Shown in pieces: positions 1 to 9,953 of a DNA stretch of 64,000 bases (position 1 is its first letter; each line of letters starts with the position of its first letter). The translations under genes and the position numbers were made by a program. The DNA comes from Polyangiaceae bacterium. Its GTDB lineage: Bacteria > Myxococcota_A > Polyangia > Polyangiales > Polyangiaceae. The notes under the pieces are model-generated. The model did no database searches and was not told the origin of the DNA. It was given only the letters and a program-made list of their open reading frames with translations. Location: positions 8,524 to 72,523 of the forward strand of contig DATAKF010000499.1 of the NCBI GenBank assembly GCA_036261775.1. Reading direction: 5' to 3'.

Positions 1-910
1 TGCCGTAGGCGGCTGCCATGGCCGCAACGTTGCGCGCCGGGCTGATGCCGCCCATCTGGCTCACGTGCATGCGAATGAAGTCGACCAGTCGCTGCTCGAT
101 CAGTCGCTGCCATTCGAACGGATGATTGAAGAGCTCTCCCAGCGCGAGCGGCGTGGCGCAAACCGCTCTCAGTCGCGGCAGCCAATCGAGCTGCTCTGGC
201 GGAAGCACGTCTTCCAAGAAGAACAGCCGAAACTGCTCGACGTCTTTGGCAAACTGCACGGCGTCGCTCGGCTGCAGGCGCTCGTGCACGTCGTGCAAAA
301 GCTCGACGCTTTCTGGCAAACGCGCGCGCGCCGCCTCCAGCAGCTTCAGCGTTTCGCGCGTGTACTTGCGCGGGTCGTAGTAGGCGCCGGGCAGCGCGCC
401 TTCGGGGCGTGGCTGGTCTGGCACGCCGCCGCCGTAGTTGCGCAGCTGCAGCCGCACATGCCGATAACCCTCCGCCAAAATGGCTTCGGCGTTGGCGAGC
501 ACTTCGTCAATCGTGGTGCCGTCGGCGTGTGTGTACGTGGCCACGGCTTCGCGACACTTGCCGCCGAGCAGCATGTAGACCGGTAGCCCAGCGCGCTTGC
601 CCAAGATGTCCCACAACGCTTGGTCGATGCCCGAGAGCGCGTTGTTCAGCACCGGGCCGTTGCGCCAATAACCGTTGGCGCGCGCCGTTTGCCAAATGTC
701 CTCGATGCGCGCGACGTCGCGGCCCACGAGCAGCGGCGCCAGGTGACGCTCGAGCATGGCCTGTACGGCGAACGCGCGCTGGGTGAACGTCGCGCAACCT
801 AGCCCATAGAGGCCCGGCTCCGAGGTCTCGACCTTCACGACCACGAGCCGTTCGCGGGTGGGTTGGACCACGAAGGTCTTGATCTTGGTGATGGTGATGG
901 CGGCCAGCAT
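1..910 (-). CDS. Enolase-superfamily D-mannonate dehydratase / starvation-sensing RspA-like protein (3' end beyond window edge)
   Basis: Not in the ORF track. Manual translation from ATG 910: MLAAITITKIKTFVVQPTRERLVVVKVETSEPGLYGLGCATFTQRA...YWRNGPVLNNALSGIDQALWDILGKRAGLPVYMLLGGKCR, typical of the ManD/RspA N-terminus. Confidence 0.85.
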   Translation of the reverse strand, partial: MLAAITITKIKTFVVQPTRERLVVVKVETSEPGLYGLGCATFTQRAFAVQAMLERHLAPLLVGRDVARIEDIWQTARANGYWRNGPVLNNALSGIDQALWDILGKRAGLPVYMLLGGKCREAVATYTHADGTTIDEVLANAEAILAEGYRHVRLQLRNYGGGVPDQPRPEGALPGAYYDPRKYTRETLKLLEAARARLPESVELLHDVHERLQPSDAVQFAKDVEQFRLFFLEDVLPPEQLDWLPRLRAVCATPLALGELFNHPFEWQRLIEQRLVDFIRMHVSQMGGISPARNVAAMAAAYG

Positions 911-1232
911 CGGGCCGGCATGATGGCATATACTTGCCCCACCCACGGGGCACCTCTTCGGGCCGAGGCCGCCCTTCGCGCCGAACTTCCTAGTCGCAAT
1001 CGCGACTAAGATTTCCGAAGGAAATCGAGGGCTCGACTGCGTGGCATGACGCTGTCCGATTTGCGACTGGCCCACGCGATACGCAGAAAAATGATTGGGG
1101 AAAGGGTGTCGCGAATGCGACTTCGCTTCTCACTGAGCAAAGGGCTCCGTCTTGTTCACGCGGAACGGCCCACCACCGCCAACACGGCCACGAAAGCAGC
1201 TGTAATTCGGCTGCAATCGGCAGCCAGAATCG

Positions 1233-2075
1233 CTAATCCGGCGGCGTGTTGCCGAACAGCTCGCGCAGCGCGCTTTCGAGCGCTACCGGCAAGATGGCTT
1301 CGTGCGGGTTGGCGCCCATGGGGGGCAGCTCACGCACGCGATCGACTCGCTGCTCGGGTTTGTCGCGCGCCAGAGCTGCCTCGAACTTGGCGGGTTGGCG
1401 AATCCAGATGGCCGGCTGCCACCAGAGCAAGAGCGGGACTTCGGTGGGGCGGCGTGCGAAGGCGCCGCCCATCTTGCGATCGAGGCACGGATCGATGGAG
1501 ACGAGCGCGAGCGGAAGCGGCACGCCAGCGCTCCAAAAGTCGGCGGCCAACCCGCCGCTCGGGTTGCAGCCGGCGCCGCTGTGGCCAGCGAGCACTACGC
1601 GCGAGCGATCGATGGTGGCGCGTCCGTCAGTCGCTTTCACCACGTCGTCGACGAAGGCGTTCAGGTCGAAGCCTTGCCAGACCGTTGCGGCCAGCCCAGC
1701 GTTCTTGGTTTGGCTCGGCGCGGCGAGCACGAATGGCTTGACCTGACCCGAGTCGATCAGGCGTTTGACCAACGGTCGGAGATCACGGCCCCCACCGCCG
1801 AACCACATGTGCGTTTCTGACGTCGGATTGGTGCCGTGGAGAAAGACTACGAGCGGCAGCGGCTCGCTGGCCTCGACCTTTTCGGGCAGCACCGCAGCGC
1901 CACCGTTACGCTGGAACCGATACAGAAAGCGCGCGTCTTGGTGCGGAAAGTAGAGCGTCTTGGCTTCGGCCGCCGTCGACCAAAGCAGGCCCACGGCACC
2001 TGCCGCGAGGCCCACAGCGCGCCCCAAGCGCCGCAGCAGTGACTGGCCAGAGCCCTCGGACATTGCAACAAACAT
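1233..2075 (-). CDS. Secreted alpha/beta-hydrolase-fold protein
   Basis: Signal-like segment, PLVVFLHGTN and nucleophile elbow GHSGAG. Start uncertain (2063 or 2075). Confidence 0.6.
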   Translation of the reverse strand: MFVAMSEGSGQSLLRRLGRAVGLAAGAVGLLWSTAAEAKTLYFPHQDARFLYRFQRNGGAAVLPEKVEASEPLPLVVFLHGTNPTSETHMWFGGGGRDLRPLVKRLIDSGQVKPFVLAAPSQTKNAGLAATVWQGFDLNAFVDDVVKATDGRATIDRSRVVLAGHSGAGCNPSGGLAADFWSAGVPLPLALVSIDPCLDRKMGGAFARRPTEVPLLLWWQPAIWIRQPAKFEAALARDKPEQRVDRVRELPPMGANPHEAILPVALESALRELFGNTPPD

Positions 2076-2149
2076 ACGGGTAAGCGCTACGGCCCGCAAC
2101 TTACGGCGCAATAGGAGGGCTGCGCGTCTCGTGGTACCGAGGGGGCTGG

Positions 2150-4717
2150 ATGGCGTGGAGGAAGCTCGGCGGTCTCGGTCGCGTGGGCGTTCGGGCCCCA
2201 GCCCGAACGCTGGCCGCGCTGTTGGGGCTGTCGCTTCAGGTTGGCCAGGCCAGCCTGGCTGGACGCGCCGTTGCGCAGTCGCTCTCCATCGAGGAGAAGC
2301 CGCAGCCGCCGGAAGCACCTACACCAGCCCCTGCGCCGAAACCGTCCGTTCCAGCGCCCGCACCGGTGATCGTGATGCCGACCGCCAGCTCGACGCCGCT
2401 CGAGTACCCGGCTGACGGCAGAGGTGAGGCGAGCGTCGCATTGGAGCTCACGCTAACGGCGGCTGGTGACGTGACCAAGGCGGTCGCGCTCGAAGGTGAT
2501 GAACCTTTTGCGTCGCGCGCGGTCGAGGCCGCCAAAACGTGGAAATTTCAGCCCGCAACTCGTGACGGCAAGCCGATCGCGGCGAAGATTCGCTACCTGG
2601 TGCGCTTCGTTCCACCCCGTGACGAGGTCGAGCCAGAGCCCGAAGCACCGGCGACTCCCGCGACGCCCGGCAGCCAGGCTGCTTCCAAGCCGCGCGCCGA
2701 GCCCGAGCCCTACGAAATCGTGGTCGTAGGCGAGCGCGCGCCGATCCGTCACCAGCTGGCACGCACCGAGATCAGCCGCATGCCGGGCGCGTTTGGCGAT
2801 GCCTTTCGGGCGATTGAAGCCTTGCCCGGCGTGGTGCCAATCGTCAGCGGCCTGCCGTACTTCTACGTGCGCGGCGCGCCGCCCGGCAACGTCGGCTACT
2901 ACTTCGACGGAATCCCGGTGCCGTTTTTGTATCACTTTGCGGCGGGGCCCAGCGTGTTTCATCCCGCGTTCATCGATCGCGTCGACTTGTATCCGGGTGC
3001 GTTCCCGGTGCGCTACGGGCGCTTTGCCGGCGCGATCGTCGCCGGTGAGATGGCGCCGCCCGGTTATCGCTTTCGCGGTGAGTGGAACGTACGGCTCGTC
3101 GACAGCGGCGCCATGGTCGAAGCGCCGTTCGCTGGCGGTCGCGGCTCGGCCATGGTCGGTGGTCGCTTCTCGTACACCGGGCTGATGATCTCACTCATCG
3201 CGCCCGAGGTCAGCGTTGGTTACTGGGACTACCAGGCGCGCGTTCGCTACGATTTGAGTCCCAAAGACAGCGTCGAAGTCTTTGGTTTTGGCTCGGGCGA
3301 CTACACGACAGTCACCGAGAAGGTGACGGTTTTCGATGCGCAGGGTCGCACCAGCACCAAAGACGTGACGCACGACGCCGTCGACATCGGCTTTCATCGC
3401 CTCGACTTGCGCTGGGATCACCGGCTCGATCAGGGCAATTGGCGCAACGCGCTGATGGTGGGGCGCGACCGCACTGGTTTGGCCGATGGTGAGATCAACG
3501 TTTACAACTACATGGTCGGCTACCGCTCCGAGTACTGGCGGCAGCTCGAGACGAAGGTGCGTCTACGCGCGGGCGCTGACGTGCTGTTCGAGTCGTTGAA
3601 GCAAGAGTTCAAGGACGGAACGCCCGACAGCGGCGAGGTTACGTCTGCGCCCGATCCAGGTGTCATGCAGCCGAACGGCGGCGAGATGATGCCGGGCAGT
3701 ATGATGCCCACCCCCATCCCGCCCGAGGGCCAGCCGCCTGGCAGCAGCAGCTCCAACCAAGAGGACGCCGAGCGCCTTGGCTTCAACTCTGCTCGCAAAG
3801 ATTTCTCGCTCGGTCTCTACGCGGATCTCGTGTGGGACGTGGCGCCGCGGCTGCAGATCACGCCCGGCTTGCGCGGTGATTTGTTCGTCTCGGGCAGCCG
3901 GGCGGCGCTGTCGCTGGATCCGCGAATTACCGCCGAATACACGCTGAGCAAGAAGCTGAAGCTGGTGCACGGGTTGGCGCTCGTGCACCAAGCGCCCAGC
4001 TTCGTAGGGCCGGTTCCAGGCTTCAAACCTTCGTTGGAAGGCGGGCTGCAGAAGGCCGTGCAGTACAGCGCGGGGGTGAACTACGAGCTGCCGTGGGGCT
4101 TTCAAAGCTCGGTGGCGCTGTTTCAAAGCGCGTTCTTCAACATGACCGATTTGATCAGCCTGATTCAGCTGGAACAAACGGCCAATCGTGGGGTCAACGG
4201 CGGCGACGGCGTCAGCAGCGATAGCGACATCAACAACTTTCGCACCGACGGCCAAGCCTACGGCTTGGAGCTCATGGTGCGGCGCAGTTTGTCGCGCAGG
4301 TTGGGCGGCTTCTTGTCGTACACGTTGTCGCGGTCGCAGCGCTTCAGCGGGCGCGTCAGCGGCCCGGCCACCACCGATCGCAATCACGTGCTGAACGTCG
4401 CCGCTTCCTACGACTTGGGCCGCAACTGGCGGCTGGGCGGGCGCGTGCTGTTCTACACGGGCGTGCCAGCCGAAGTGGCGTACCTCGAAGCGGCGCGCCA
4501 TCCGCCGCGCACGCCGCCCTTCTGGCGTTTGGACTTCAAGCTCGAGAAGCGTTGGTACATCAAGCGCCCCGATCGCTGGTGGGGCCTGAATATCGAAGTC
4601 TTGAACACCACGCTGAACAAGGAACAGCTGACTGGTAGTTGCAACGCTTTCGACTGCGTCTACGAAGAAATCGGCCCAGTTACCGTGCCCAGCATCGCGT
4701 TCGAAGGTGCCTACTAG
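2150..4717 (+). CDS. TonB-dependent receptor with N-terminal TonB C-terminal-like domain
   Basis: Pro-rich linker, TonB_C-like YP...AVEAAKTWKFQPATRDGKP, plug motif IEALPGV...YVRGAPPGNVGYYFDGIPV, aromatic C-terminus (FEGAY). Confidence 0.85.
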   Translation: MAWRKLGGLGRVGVRAPARTLAALLGLSLQVGQASLAGRAVAQSLSIEEKPQPPEAPTPAPAPKPSVPAPAPVIVMPTASSTPLEYPADGRGEASVALELTLTAAGDVTKAVALEGDEPFASRAVEAAKTWKFQPATRDGKPIAAKIRYLVRFVPPRDEVEPEPEAPATPATPGSQAASKPRAEPEPYEIVVVGERAPIRHQLARTEISRMPGAFGDAFRAIEALPGVVPIVSGLPYFYVRGAPPGNVGYYFDGIPVPFLYHFAAGPSVFHPAFIDRVDLYPGAFPVRYGRFAGAIVAGEMAPPGYRFRGEWNVRLVDSGAMVEAPFAGGRGSAMVGGRFSYTGLMISLIAPEVSVGYWDYQARVRYDLSPKDSVEVFGFGSGDYTTVTEKVTVFDAQGRTSTKDVTHDAVDIGFHRLDLRWDHRLDQGNWRNALMVGRDRTGLADGEINVYNYMVGYRSEYWRQLETKVRLRAGADVLFESLKQEFKDGTPDSGEVTSAPDPGVMQPNGGEMMPGSMMPTPIPPEGQPPGSSSSNQEDAERLGFNSARKDFSLGLYADLVWDVAPRLQITPGLRGDLFVSGSRAALSLDPRITAEYTLSKKLKLVHGLALVHQAPSFVGPVPGFKPSLEGGLQKAVQYSAGVNYELPWGFQSSVALFQSAFFNMTDLISLIQLEQTANRGVNGGDGVSSDSDINNFRTDGQAYGLELMVRRSLSRRLGGFLSYTLSRSQRFSGRVSGPATTDRNHVLNVAASYDLGRNWRLGGRVLFYTGVPAEVAYLEAARHPPRTPPFWRLDFKLEKRWYIKRPDRWWGLNIEVLNTTLNKEQLTGSCNAFDCVYEEIGPVTVPSIAFEGAY

Positions 4718-4750
4718 CGTCCTAGCGAGGCAGTCGGCTAGCGTGAGCCA

Positions 4751-5314
4751 ATGTCGAAAACTCTGCGCTTCTCGCTCGCTTCGAGTTTGCTGGCTGGTGC
4801 AATCGCGGTGACCGCGCCCTCAGTAAGGGCCGACGTGCCTCCGCCGGAGGGCTACGTGGAACCGTGCACGGTGGAGAAGCAGTCTGCGTCTGGGCAAGGG
4901 TGCGTGCTGTGCGGTGACTCGTACTACAAGACACCCAACGCCTGCGCCGCCAAGCTCGAGCCGGATGGCTACACCAAGGCGTGCCGCACGCGCGGGGCAT
5001 CGACCTGGAAGGAAGTGTGGTGCAAGAATGGCAAGGGCGCGCCAGCTGCGAGCGCCCCGCCTGCGCCGTCGGCTTCCGCTGCCGCCCCTGCAGCGTCGAG
5101 CGAGCCAGCGACTCCAGTCGCCAGCGCTTCGCCAGCGGCAAGCACCGCGCCTGCCGCTGAGGACGCTGGCAAGTCTTTGCCCGAGAACGCGCCCAAGCGT
5201 GGCTGCGGCGCCTGTCGCGTCGGGGCTCCCGATGGTGCGACAGGCGTGTTCGGGGTTGGCGCCGCGCTGGGCCTACTCGGTTTGAGCTGGGTGCGGCGGC
5301 AACGGCGCAGCTGA
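4751..5314 (+). CDS. Small Cys-rich secreted protein with MYXO-CTERM-like tail
   Basis: Signal peptide, 6-Cys domain, Ala/Pro/Ser linker, GCGACRVG followed by a TM helix and RRQRR. Confidence 0.75.
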   Translation: MSKTLRFSLASSLLAGAIAVTAPSVRADVPPPEGYVEPCTVEKQSASGQGCVLCGDSYYKTPNACAAKLEPDGYTKACRTRGASTWKEVWCKNGKGAPAASAPPAPSASAAAPAASSEPATPVASASPAASTAPAAEDAGKSLPENAPKRGCGACRVGAPDGATGVFGVGAALGLLGLSWVRRQRRS

Positions 5315-5319
5315 GCGCT

Positions 5320-6066
5320 TCAAGGCACGCGAATGTTGTCGATGCTGATGGCGCTCGACAGCGCCTCGTCGCCGACGTCCGTCAGCACGAACGCCAGCAC
5401 GGCGGGCGATCCGACGGCGCCTTTCAGAGAAAATAGGCTGTTTCCCGTCTCCTTGTAGATCTCGTCGCCCCCGTCAGGCAGGCCCGGGAACGTGCCGGCG
5501 ACGTGCGTGTTGCGCTCGCAGATCAGGTTCACGGAGTCGATGACGGTCGCGACGGCGCCGTTCGGGCCCGACAGCACGCCGATCAGCGTGTCGTCGTACT
5601 CGCTGTTGCAAAAGTCGTCGAACTCGCTCGACTGCAGGTTGTACTCGAAGCTCAGCTCCGGGCTCTCACCCAAGCCTCGGATCGGCCCGCTTACCACCAT
5701 GGAGCTGGTGTCGTTCAGCGCGCTGCCGCACAGCACCGCGCCGGTGCTCATCGCCAGCATGCGCGTACCCGAGGTGGGCAGCATGCTGCCGGTGGCCGGA
5801 ATGGCGCCGACGTCACCAAAGCCTGTCCAGCCGAGCGGCAAGGCCGTCGCGTCGATTTCGTTGACGCAGCTGGCGTTGGGGTTGGCTGGCGTTTCGAAAT
5901 CGAGCGCCGCCTCGGCGAATGGCGGCGACTCGTGATCGACGTTGAACACGATGCTTCCTTCAATGGGACCCGATAGCGTGACGACCACGCTTTGGCCCAG
6001 CGGCAAGCCAGATTTGGCGGCGAGCACGTACACGTCTTTGCCGCTCGCGCTCACCAGCGTGACCAC
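5320..6066 (-). CDS. Choice-of-anchor-L-like extracellular domain, probably 5'-truncated
   Basis: Motifs FEYNLQSSEFDDFCNSEYDD and LTDVGDEALSSAISIDN. Coding-like from about 6100. First in-frame GTG at 6066, no signal peptide. Confidence 0.55.
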   Translation of the reverse strand: MVTLVSASGKDVYVLAAKSGLPLGQSVVVTLSGPIEGSIVFNVDHESPPFAEAALDFETPANPNASCVNEIDATALPLGWTGFGDVGAIPATGSMLPTSGTRMLAMSTGAVLCGSALNDTSSMVVSGPIRGLGESPELSFEYNLQSSEFDDFCNSEYDDTLIGVLSGPNGAVATVIDSVNLICERNTHVAGTFPGLPDGGDEIYKETGNSLFSLKGAVGSPAVLAFVLTDVGDEALSSAISIDNIRVP

Positions 6067-6143
6067 GCTGAAGTCAGCCGTGATGTCGACGCTGACGGAG
6101 CGTAGGCACGAGTTGCTGCTTGGGCAGCCGCCACCGCTCGCTG

Positions 6144-6491
6144 CTAGTAGTAGAGGGTGCCACCGCTGCAAGTCGACAGCAGCGCGACCTCGTTCGAGCA
6201 GTCGTCGGGCACGTTGTCGTAAATGCAACGTTGCCGGAGCGCGTGGGGGCTGCGGCGAAAGCAGGCAAGCGTGGCCTCGAACTCCGCACTGCACTCGGCA
6301 ACGCTCAGGTTCGATTCCTCGCACTGCGCGACGCAGCTGGTGGGGTTGTACCAATCTTCGCATTGCGCGCCGCGCGTGACTTTGCACCACTCGTCGCACT
6401 TCGTGGGCGGTAGCGGGTAGCCGCCCGAGCAACCCTCGAGAGGGAAGGCAAGCGCAAGCCCACACACGACTAGCCGCGCACCCGACCGCAT
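6144..6491 (-). CDS. Small Cys-rich lipoprotein
   Basis: Lipobox-like PLEGC and paired Cys (CDEWC, CVAQC, CSAEFEATLAC). Confidence 0.65.
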   Translation of the reverse strand: MRSGARLVVCGLALAFPLEGCSGGYPLPPTKCDEWCKVTRGAQCEDWYNPTSCVAQCEESNLSVAECSAEFEATLACFRRSPHALRQRCIYDNVPDDCSNEVALLSTCSGGTLYY

Positions 6492-6501
6492 GGACGAGAT
6501 G

Positions 6502-6554
6502 CTAGTGCAGCGCAACTGAGATAGCAGCAACTTTGGGTAGCGGCGCTGCGCTAG
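6502..6554. repeat. Single module of the CTAG-bounded palindromic repeat
   Basis: ctagtgcagcgcaactgagatagcagcaactttgggtagcggcgctgcgctag matches the first module of the 9746 and 10838 elements. Confidence 0.85.
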
Positions 6555-6680
6555 CGCGAAGCTTGCCGCACGCCGAAGGCTGGTTGGCGTGCCAGTTCGA
6601 GACCGCTCAATTGGCCGGGAAACCGCGCCTTCGGGCGGAACACTTGCGGGCGCTCACGCGAACATGTCACTAAGGGCTGG

Positions 6681-7829
6681 ATGCGGCGTTTGGGTAGCGT
6701 GCTCGGTTTGGCGGGCTTGGTGGTGGTGTCGTGCCTGGTGCCCGACCTCGAGCTGGTGCGTGAGCTGCCCGGTGCCGCTGGCTCAGCGGACGCGGCGGGA
6801 GCGGCTGCTGGTGGCAAGAGCTCGAACGGCAAAGGCGGAAGCTCGGCCAACGCCGGCGCTCAGCATGCCGACGCCGGCATGGACGCTGGCGGCGCCGCCG
6901 CGACCGACGGCGGCGCGCCGCCCACCAACGCAGGCGCCAGCGCGGGTGGCGACGGCAACGCGCCGCTCGACGACAGCGCGCCGTCTTGCACAGCGCTCAG
7001 CAAGACGGCGTGCCAAGGCGAGAGTTGCTGCACCAAGTTGCCGGCTCCGGGTTGCATTGATTGCGACGGGACCGACGGCAAGTACACGGTCTCGCCGCTC
7101 GCGCTCGACAAATACGAAGTCACGGTCGGACGCTTTCGAGCTTTCGTCGAGGCGTACACGGGTCCGCCCGCCATCGGCGCCGGCGCTCACCCCCAAATCG
7201 CGAGCAGCGGCTGGCTAGCCGACTGGAACGGCAACATGCCGACTGGCTCCGCGGCGTTCGCTAACGCCATGGAATTCAGGGAATGCAAGCTGCTCGCCGT
7301 TCGCACCTGGACGAGCGAGCCTGGCGAAAACGAGCAGAAGCCGGCCAATTGCCTGACCTGGTACGAAGCCTTCGCGTTCTGCGCGTGGGACGGCGGGTTC
7401 TTGCCTTCGGAGCTCGACTGGCAAGCCGCGGCAACGGGCGGCCGCGAAAATCGCATGTACGCCTGGGCCGGCACGACGCTCGACACCGAGCATGCGCTGT
7501 ATGGCTCTTGCGGCAACGGCGTGTCGGCGACCTGCGACCTATCCAGCATCTTGGAGGTTGGCTCCAAGCCTGCCGGCGCCGGCAAGTGGGGGCACCTCGA
7601 CTTGATTGGTTCAGTCTGGGAGTGGCTCTTGGACAGCCCCAACGACAGCAAGCTCCCCCCTGCGCAGCCTTGTACCGACTGCGCAAGCCTCGGCGTCTCG
7701 AACTACCGCTCCATCCGCGGCGGCAGCTGGCCGGAAGACGCGAGCTACCAGTCCTCGACTCGGCGGGTGTCGGATCCTGCCGACAGCGCTTGGTACAACG
7801 TCGGCATTCGCTGCGCGCACGCGCCATAG
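6681..7829 (+). CDS. Formylglycine-generating-enzyme (FGE-sulfatase/SUMF1) domain lipoprotein
   Basis: LDKYEVTVGRFRAFV, PANCLTWYEAFAFCAWDGGFLPSE, GHLDLIGSVWEW, RGGSW, VGIRCA. Confidence 0.85.
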   Translation: MRRLGSVLGLAGLVVVSCLVPDLELVRELPGAAGSADAAGAAAGGKSSNGKGGSSANAGAQHADAGMDAGGAAATDGGAPPTNAGASAGGDGNAPLDDSAPSCTALSKTACQGESCCTKLPAPGCIDCDGTDGKYTVSPLALDKYEVTVGRFRAFVEAYTGPPAIGAGAHPQIASSGWLADWNGNMPTGSAAFANAMEFRECKLLAVRTWTSEPGENEQKPANCLTWYEAFAFCAWDGGFLPSELDWQAAATGGRENRMYAWAGTTLDTEHALYGSCGNGVSATCDLSSILEVGSKPAGAGKWGHLDLIGSVWEWLLDSPNDSKLPPAQPCTDCASLGVSNYRSIRGGSWPEDASYQSSTRRVSDPADSAWYNVGIRCAHAP

Positions 7830-7864
7830 CGCGCACGCGCGGTGCGAGGGTGCCGAGCAACGGC

Positions 7865-8752
7865 TCAGCTGCCGAGCCAGGCGGCTTTGTTGGCGCGCAA
7901 GAAGTCGCCCAATGCTTGCGGCTTCTTGCCGGTGAAGCGCTCCACGCTATCGCTCTTCACGTCCAGCTCGCCGGCAGCCGTGCCGGCGTCGAACGAGGCG
8001 TAAACTTCGGCCAGCGGCCGCGGCAAGCCGTGCTGCACCATGCCATCGATCAACGCCCCGAGCGGGATCGACAAGTACTCGACCTTCTTGCCGCTGATCT
8101 CACTGACGAGCGCCGCCACATCGGCGCCGCTCAGGGTTTCGGGCCCGGTGACGTCGAGCTTCTGGTTTCCGGCGGGCGGCTCGGTCATCACGGCTGCAGC
8201 AATGCGCGCACAGTCTTCGCGCGTGACGTACCCGACCTTGCCCGCGCCGCTCGCGTTCACGAGCTTGCCGGCCGCGATGGCGCGTTGAAGCGTGCCTACT
8301 AGCAGCATGTTGCTGTACATGTTGTTGCGCAGCACCGTGAACTGCAGGCCGGACGCTTCGAGCTCCGCCTCCGTGGCGGCGTGATCCGCCGAGATCAGGA
8401 TGCGCGAGGGGGCCGGATTGATGATCGACGTGTACGCCACGTGCTGCACACCGGCAGCCTTGAAGGCTTTGATGGCAGCGCTGTGCTGTCGCTGGCGCTT
8501 GCCCGGCTCGTCGAGCGAGTCGGTGCTGATCAGGAGCGCGCGCTCCACGCCTTGAAAGGCGGTTGCGAGACTAGCTTGGTCGTTGAAGTCGGCGTGTCGC
8601 ACCTCCGCGCCGCGCGCCTTCAGCTCGGCCAAGCCCTCCGGCTTGCGCGTCGCCGCGATGACGCGCGCGCCGCCACCGCGCTCGAGCAGTAGCTCGACCA
8701 CCCGCTTGCCCAACTGACCCGACGCGCCCGTGACCAAAATCGAACCAGACAT
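7865..8752 (-). CDS. NmrA/SDR-like NAD(P)H:quinone oxidoreductase (QOR2/YtfG-like)
   Basis: ILVTGASGQLG Rossmann motif, GVQHVAYTS, HAATE, GPETLS. Confidence 0.85.
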   Translation of the reverse strand: MSGSILVTGASGQLGKRVVELLLERGGGARVIAATRKPEGLAELKARGAEVRHADFNDQASLATAFQGVERALLISTDSLDEPGKRQRQHSAAIKAFKAAGVQHVAYTSIINPAPSRILISADHAATEAELEASGLQFTVLRNNMYSNMLLVGTLQRAIAAGKLVNASGAGKVGYVTREDCARIAAAVMTEPPAGNQKLDVTGPETLSGADVAALVSEISGKKVEYLSIPLGALIDGMVQHGLPRPLAEVYASFDAGTAAGELDVKSDSVERFTGKKPQALGDFLRANKAAWLGS

Positions 8753-8834
8753 CGCTGTTGCTCCTTGCTTGAGAGCGGAGCTTGCGGTTGTTTCCCAATT
8801 GCTACAATTAGCCAAGAATGGGAATCTGTGTTGC

Positions 8835-9749
8835 GTGAATGCACCAATCGACCTGAACCTTTTGCGGGCGTTTGCGGCCGTGCACGCCGCCGGCAGCTTT
8901 TCAGCAGCCGCGGCCACGCTTGGCGTGCCTCGCTCCACCGTCAGCCGCGCGGTGGCGGCGCTCGAAGAGCGGCTGAAGCAGCCCTTGTTCCAACGCACGA
9001 CCCGCAAGGTGACGACCACGCCCGTCGGCGTGTCGCTGTTCGAGCGTGTGGCGCCTCAGCTCGACAGCTTGACAGGCGCGCTCTTCGATCTGCCGCAGCA
9101 GACCGACGCGCCTTCGGGCACGCTGCGCGTCACCGCCACGGTCGACCTCGGTATCATGGTGCTCACCGAGGTCATTGCGCGCTACTTGCGTCGCTACCCC
9201 GGAACGCAGGTCGAGGTGGACCTGACGGCGCGCGTGGTAGACATGGTGCGCGAAGGCTTCGATTTGGCGTTGCGCGTGTCGCCCAAGCGGCAGAAGAGCT
9301 CGTCTTTGATTGCGCGCAAGGTGGGGCACGTGCTGTTTCAGCTGTATGCGTCGCCGGCCTACTTGGCGCGCCGGCCGGCACCGCGCTCGCTCGAGGAGGT
9401 GAGCGAACATGAGTGGGTTACCTACGATTCGCGACCCTTCACGTTGACTCACACACGCGGCAACAAGCGCGTCGTCGTGCCCAGCGCGCGGGTGATGGGC
9501 AACGACATGATGTTTCAGCGAGAAGCGCTCCGGGCCGGCTGCGGGCTCGGGCCTTTGCCCTCCTTCGTAGCCGACGCCGACGTCGCGAACGGCGTTTTGG
9601 TGCGGGTTTTGCCGGACTGGGTGGCGATCAGCGCCCAGGTGTTGCTGGTGCACCCACCGCAGCGTCATTTGCCGCCCAAGGTTTCGGCCTTCCAACAGTT
9701 GCTGCTGGAGATGCTGCGACAGCGCCCGATTTCGCCGGGCGTGAGCTAG
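8835..9749 (+). CDS. LysR-family transcriptional regulator (CrgA-like), divergent from the oxidoreductase
   Basis: DLNLLRAFAAVHAAGSFSAAAATLGVPRSTVSRAVAALEERL...LFQRTTR HTH; PSGTLRVTA; VDMVREGFDLALR. Confidence 0.9.
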   Translation: MNAPIDLNLLRAFAAVHAAGSFSAAAATLGVPRSTVSRAVAALEERLKQPLFQRTTRKVTTTPVGVSLFERVAPQLDSLTGALFDLPQQTDAPSGTLRVTATVDLGIMVLTEVIARYLRRYPGTQVEVDLTARVVDMVREGFDLALRVSPKRQKSSSLIARKVGHVLFQLYASPAYLARRPAPRSLEEVSEHEWVTYDSRPFTLTHTRGNKRVVVPSARVMGNDMMFQREALRAGCGLGPLPSFVADADVANGVLVRVLPDWVAISAQVLLVHPPQRHLPPKVSAFQQLLLEMLRQRPISPGVS

Positions 9750-9919
9750 TGCGGCGCAAGTGAGATAGCAGCAACTTTGGGAATGGCGCCGCAGTATGCG
9801 GACGCGAAGTGGACGCGAGGCCTGGGGCGAAGCCCCAGCGAGAAAGACGAGTGCGGCGCACGCCGCGCAGCGGACCGTTGCGCGCGATTGTTGACCGCAG
9901 TTAGCGTGCGCTGCGCTAG
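9746..9919 (+). repeat. CTAG-bounded modular palindromic element (REP/BIME- or MITE-like), copy A
   Basis: Ends ctagtgcggcgca...tgcgctgcgctag. Aligns over its full length with the reverse complement of 10838-11014. Confidence 0.85.
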
Positions 9920-9953
9920 CCTGCGGTCAGCAGCATCGGCTGCGCTCCGCCGC

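Noticed and set aside
5320-6465. Programmed frameshift joining the 6144-6491 lipoprotein to the downstream domain
   Set aside because: No slippery sequence is evident and the upstream ORF ends cleanly. Truncation is simpler.
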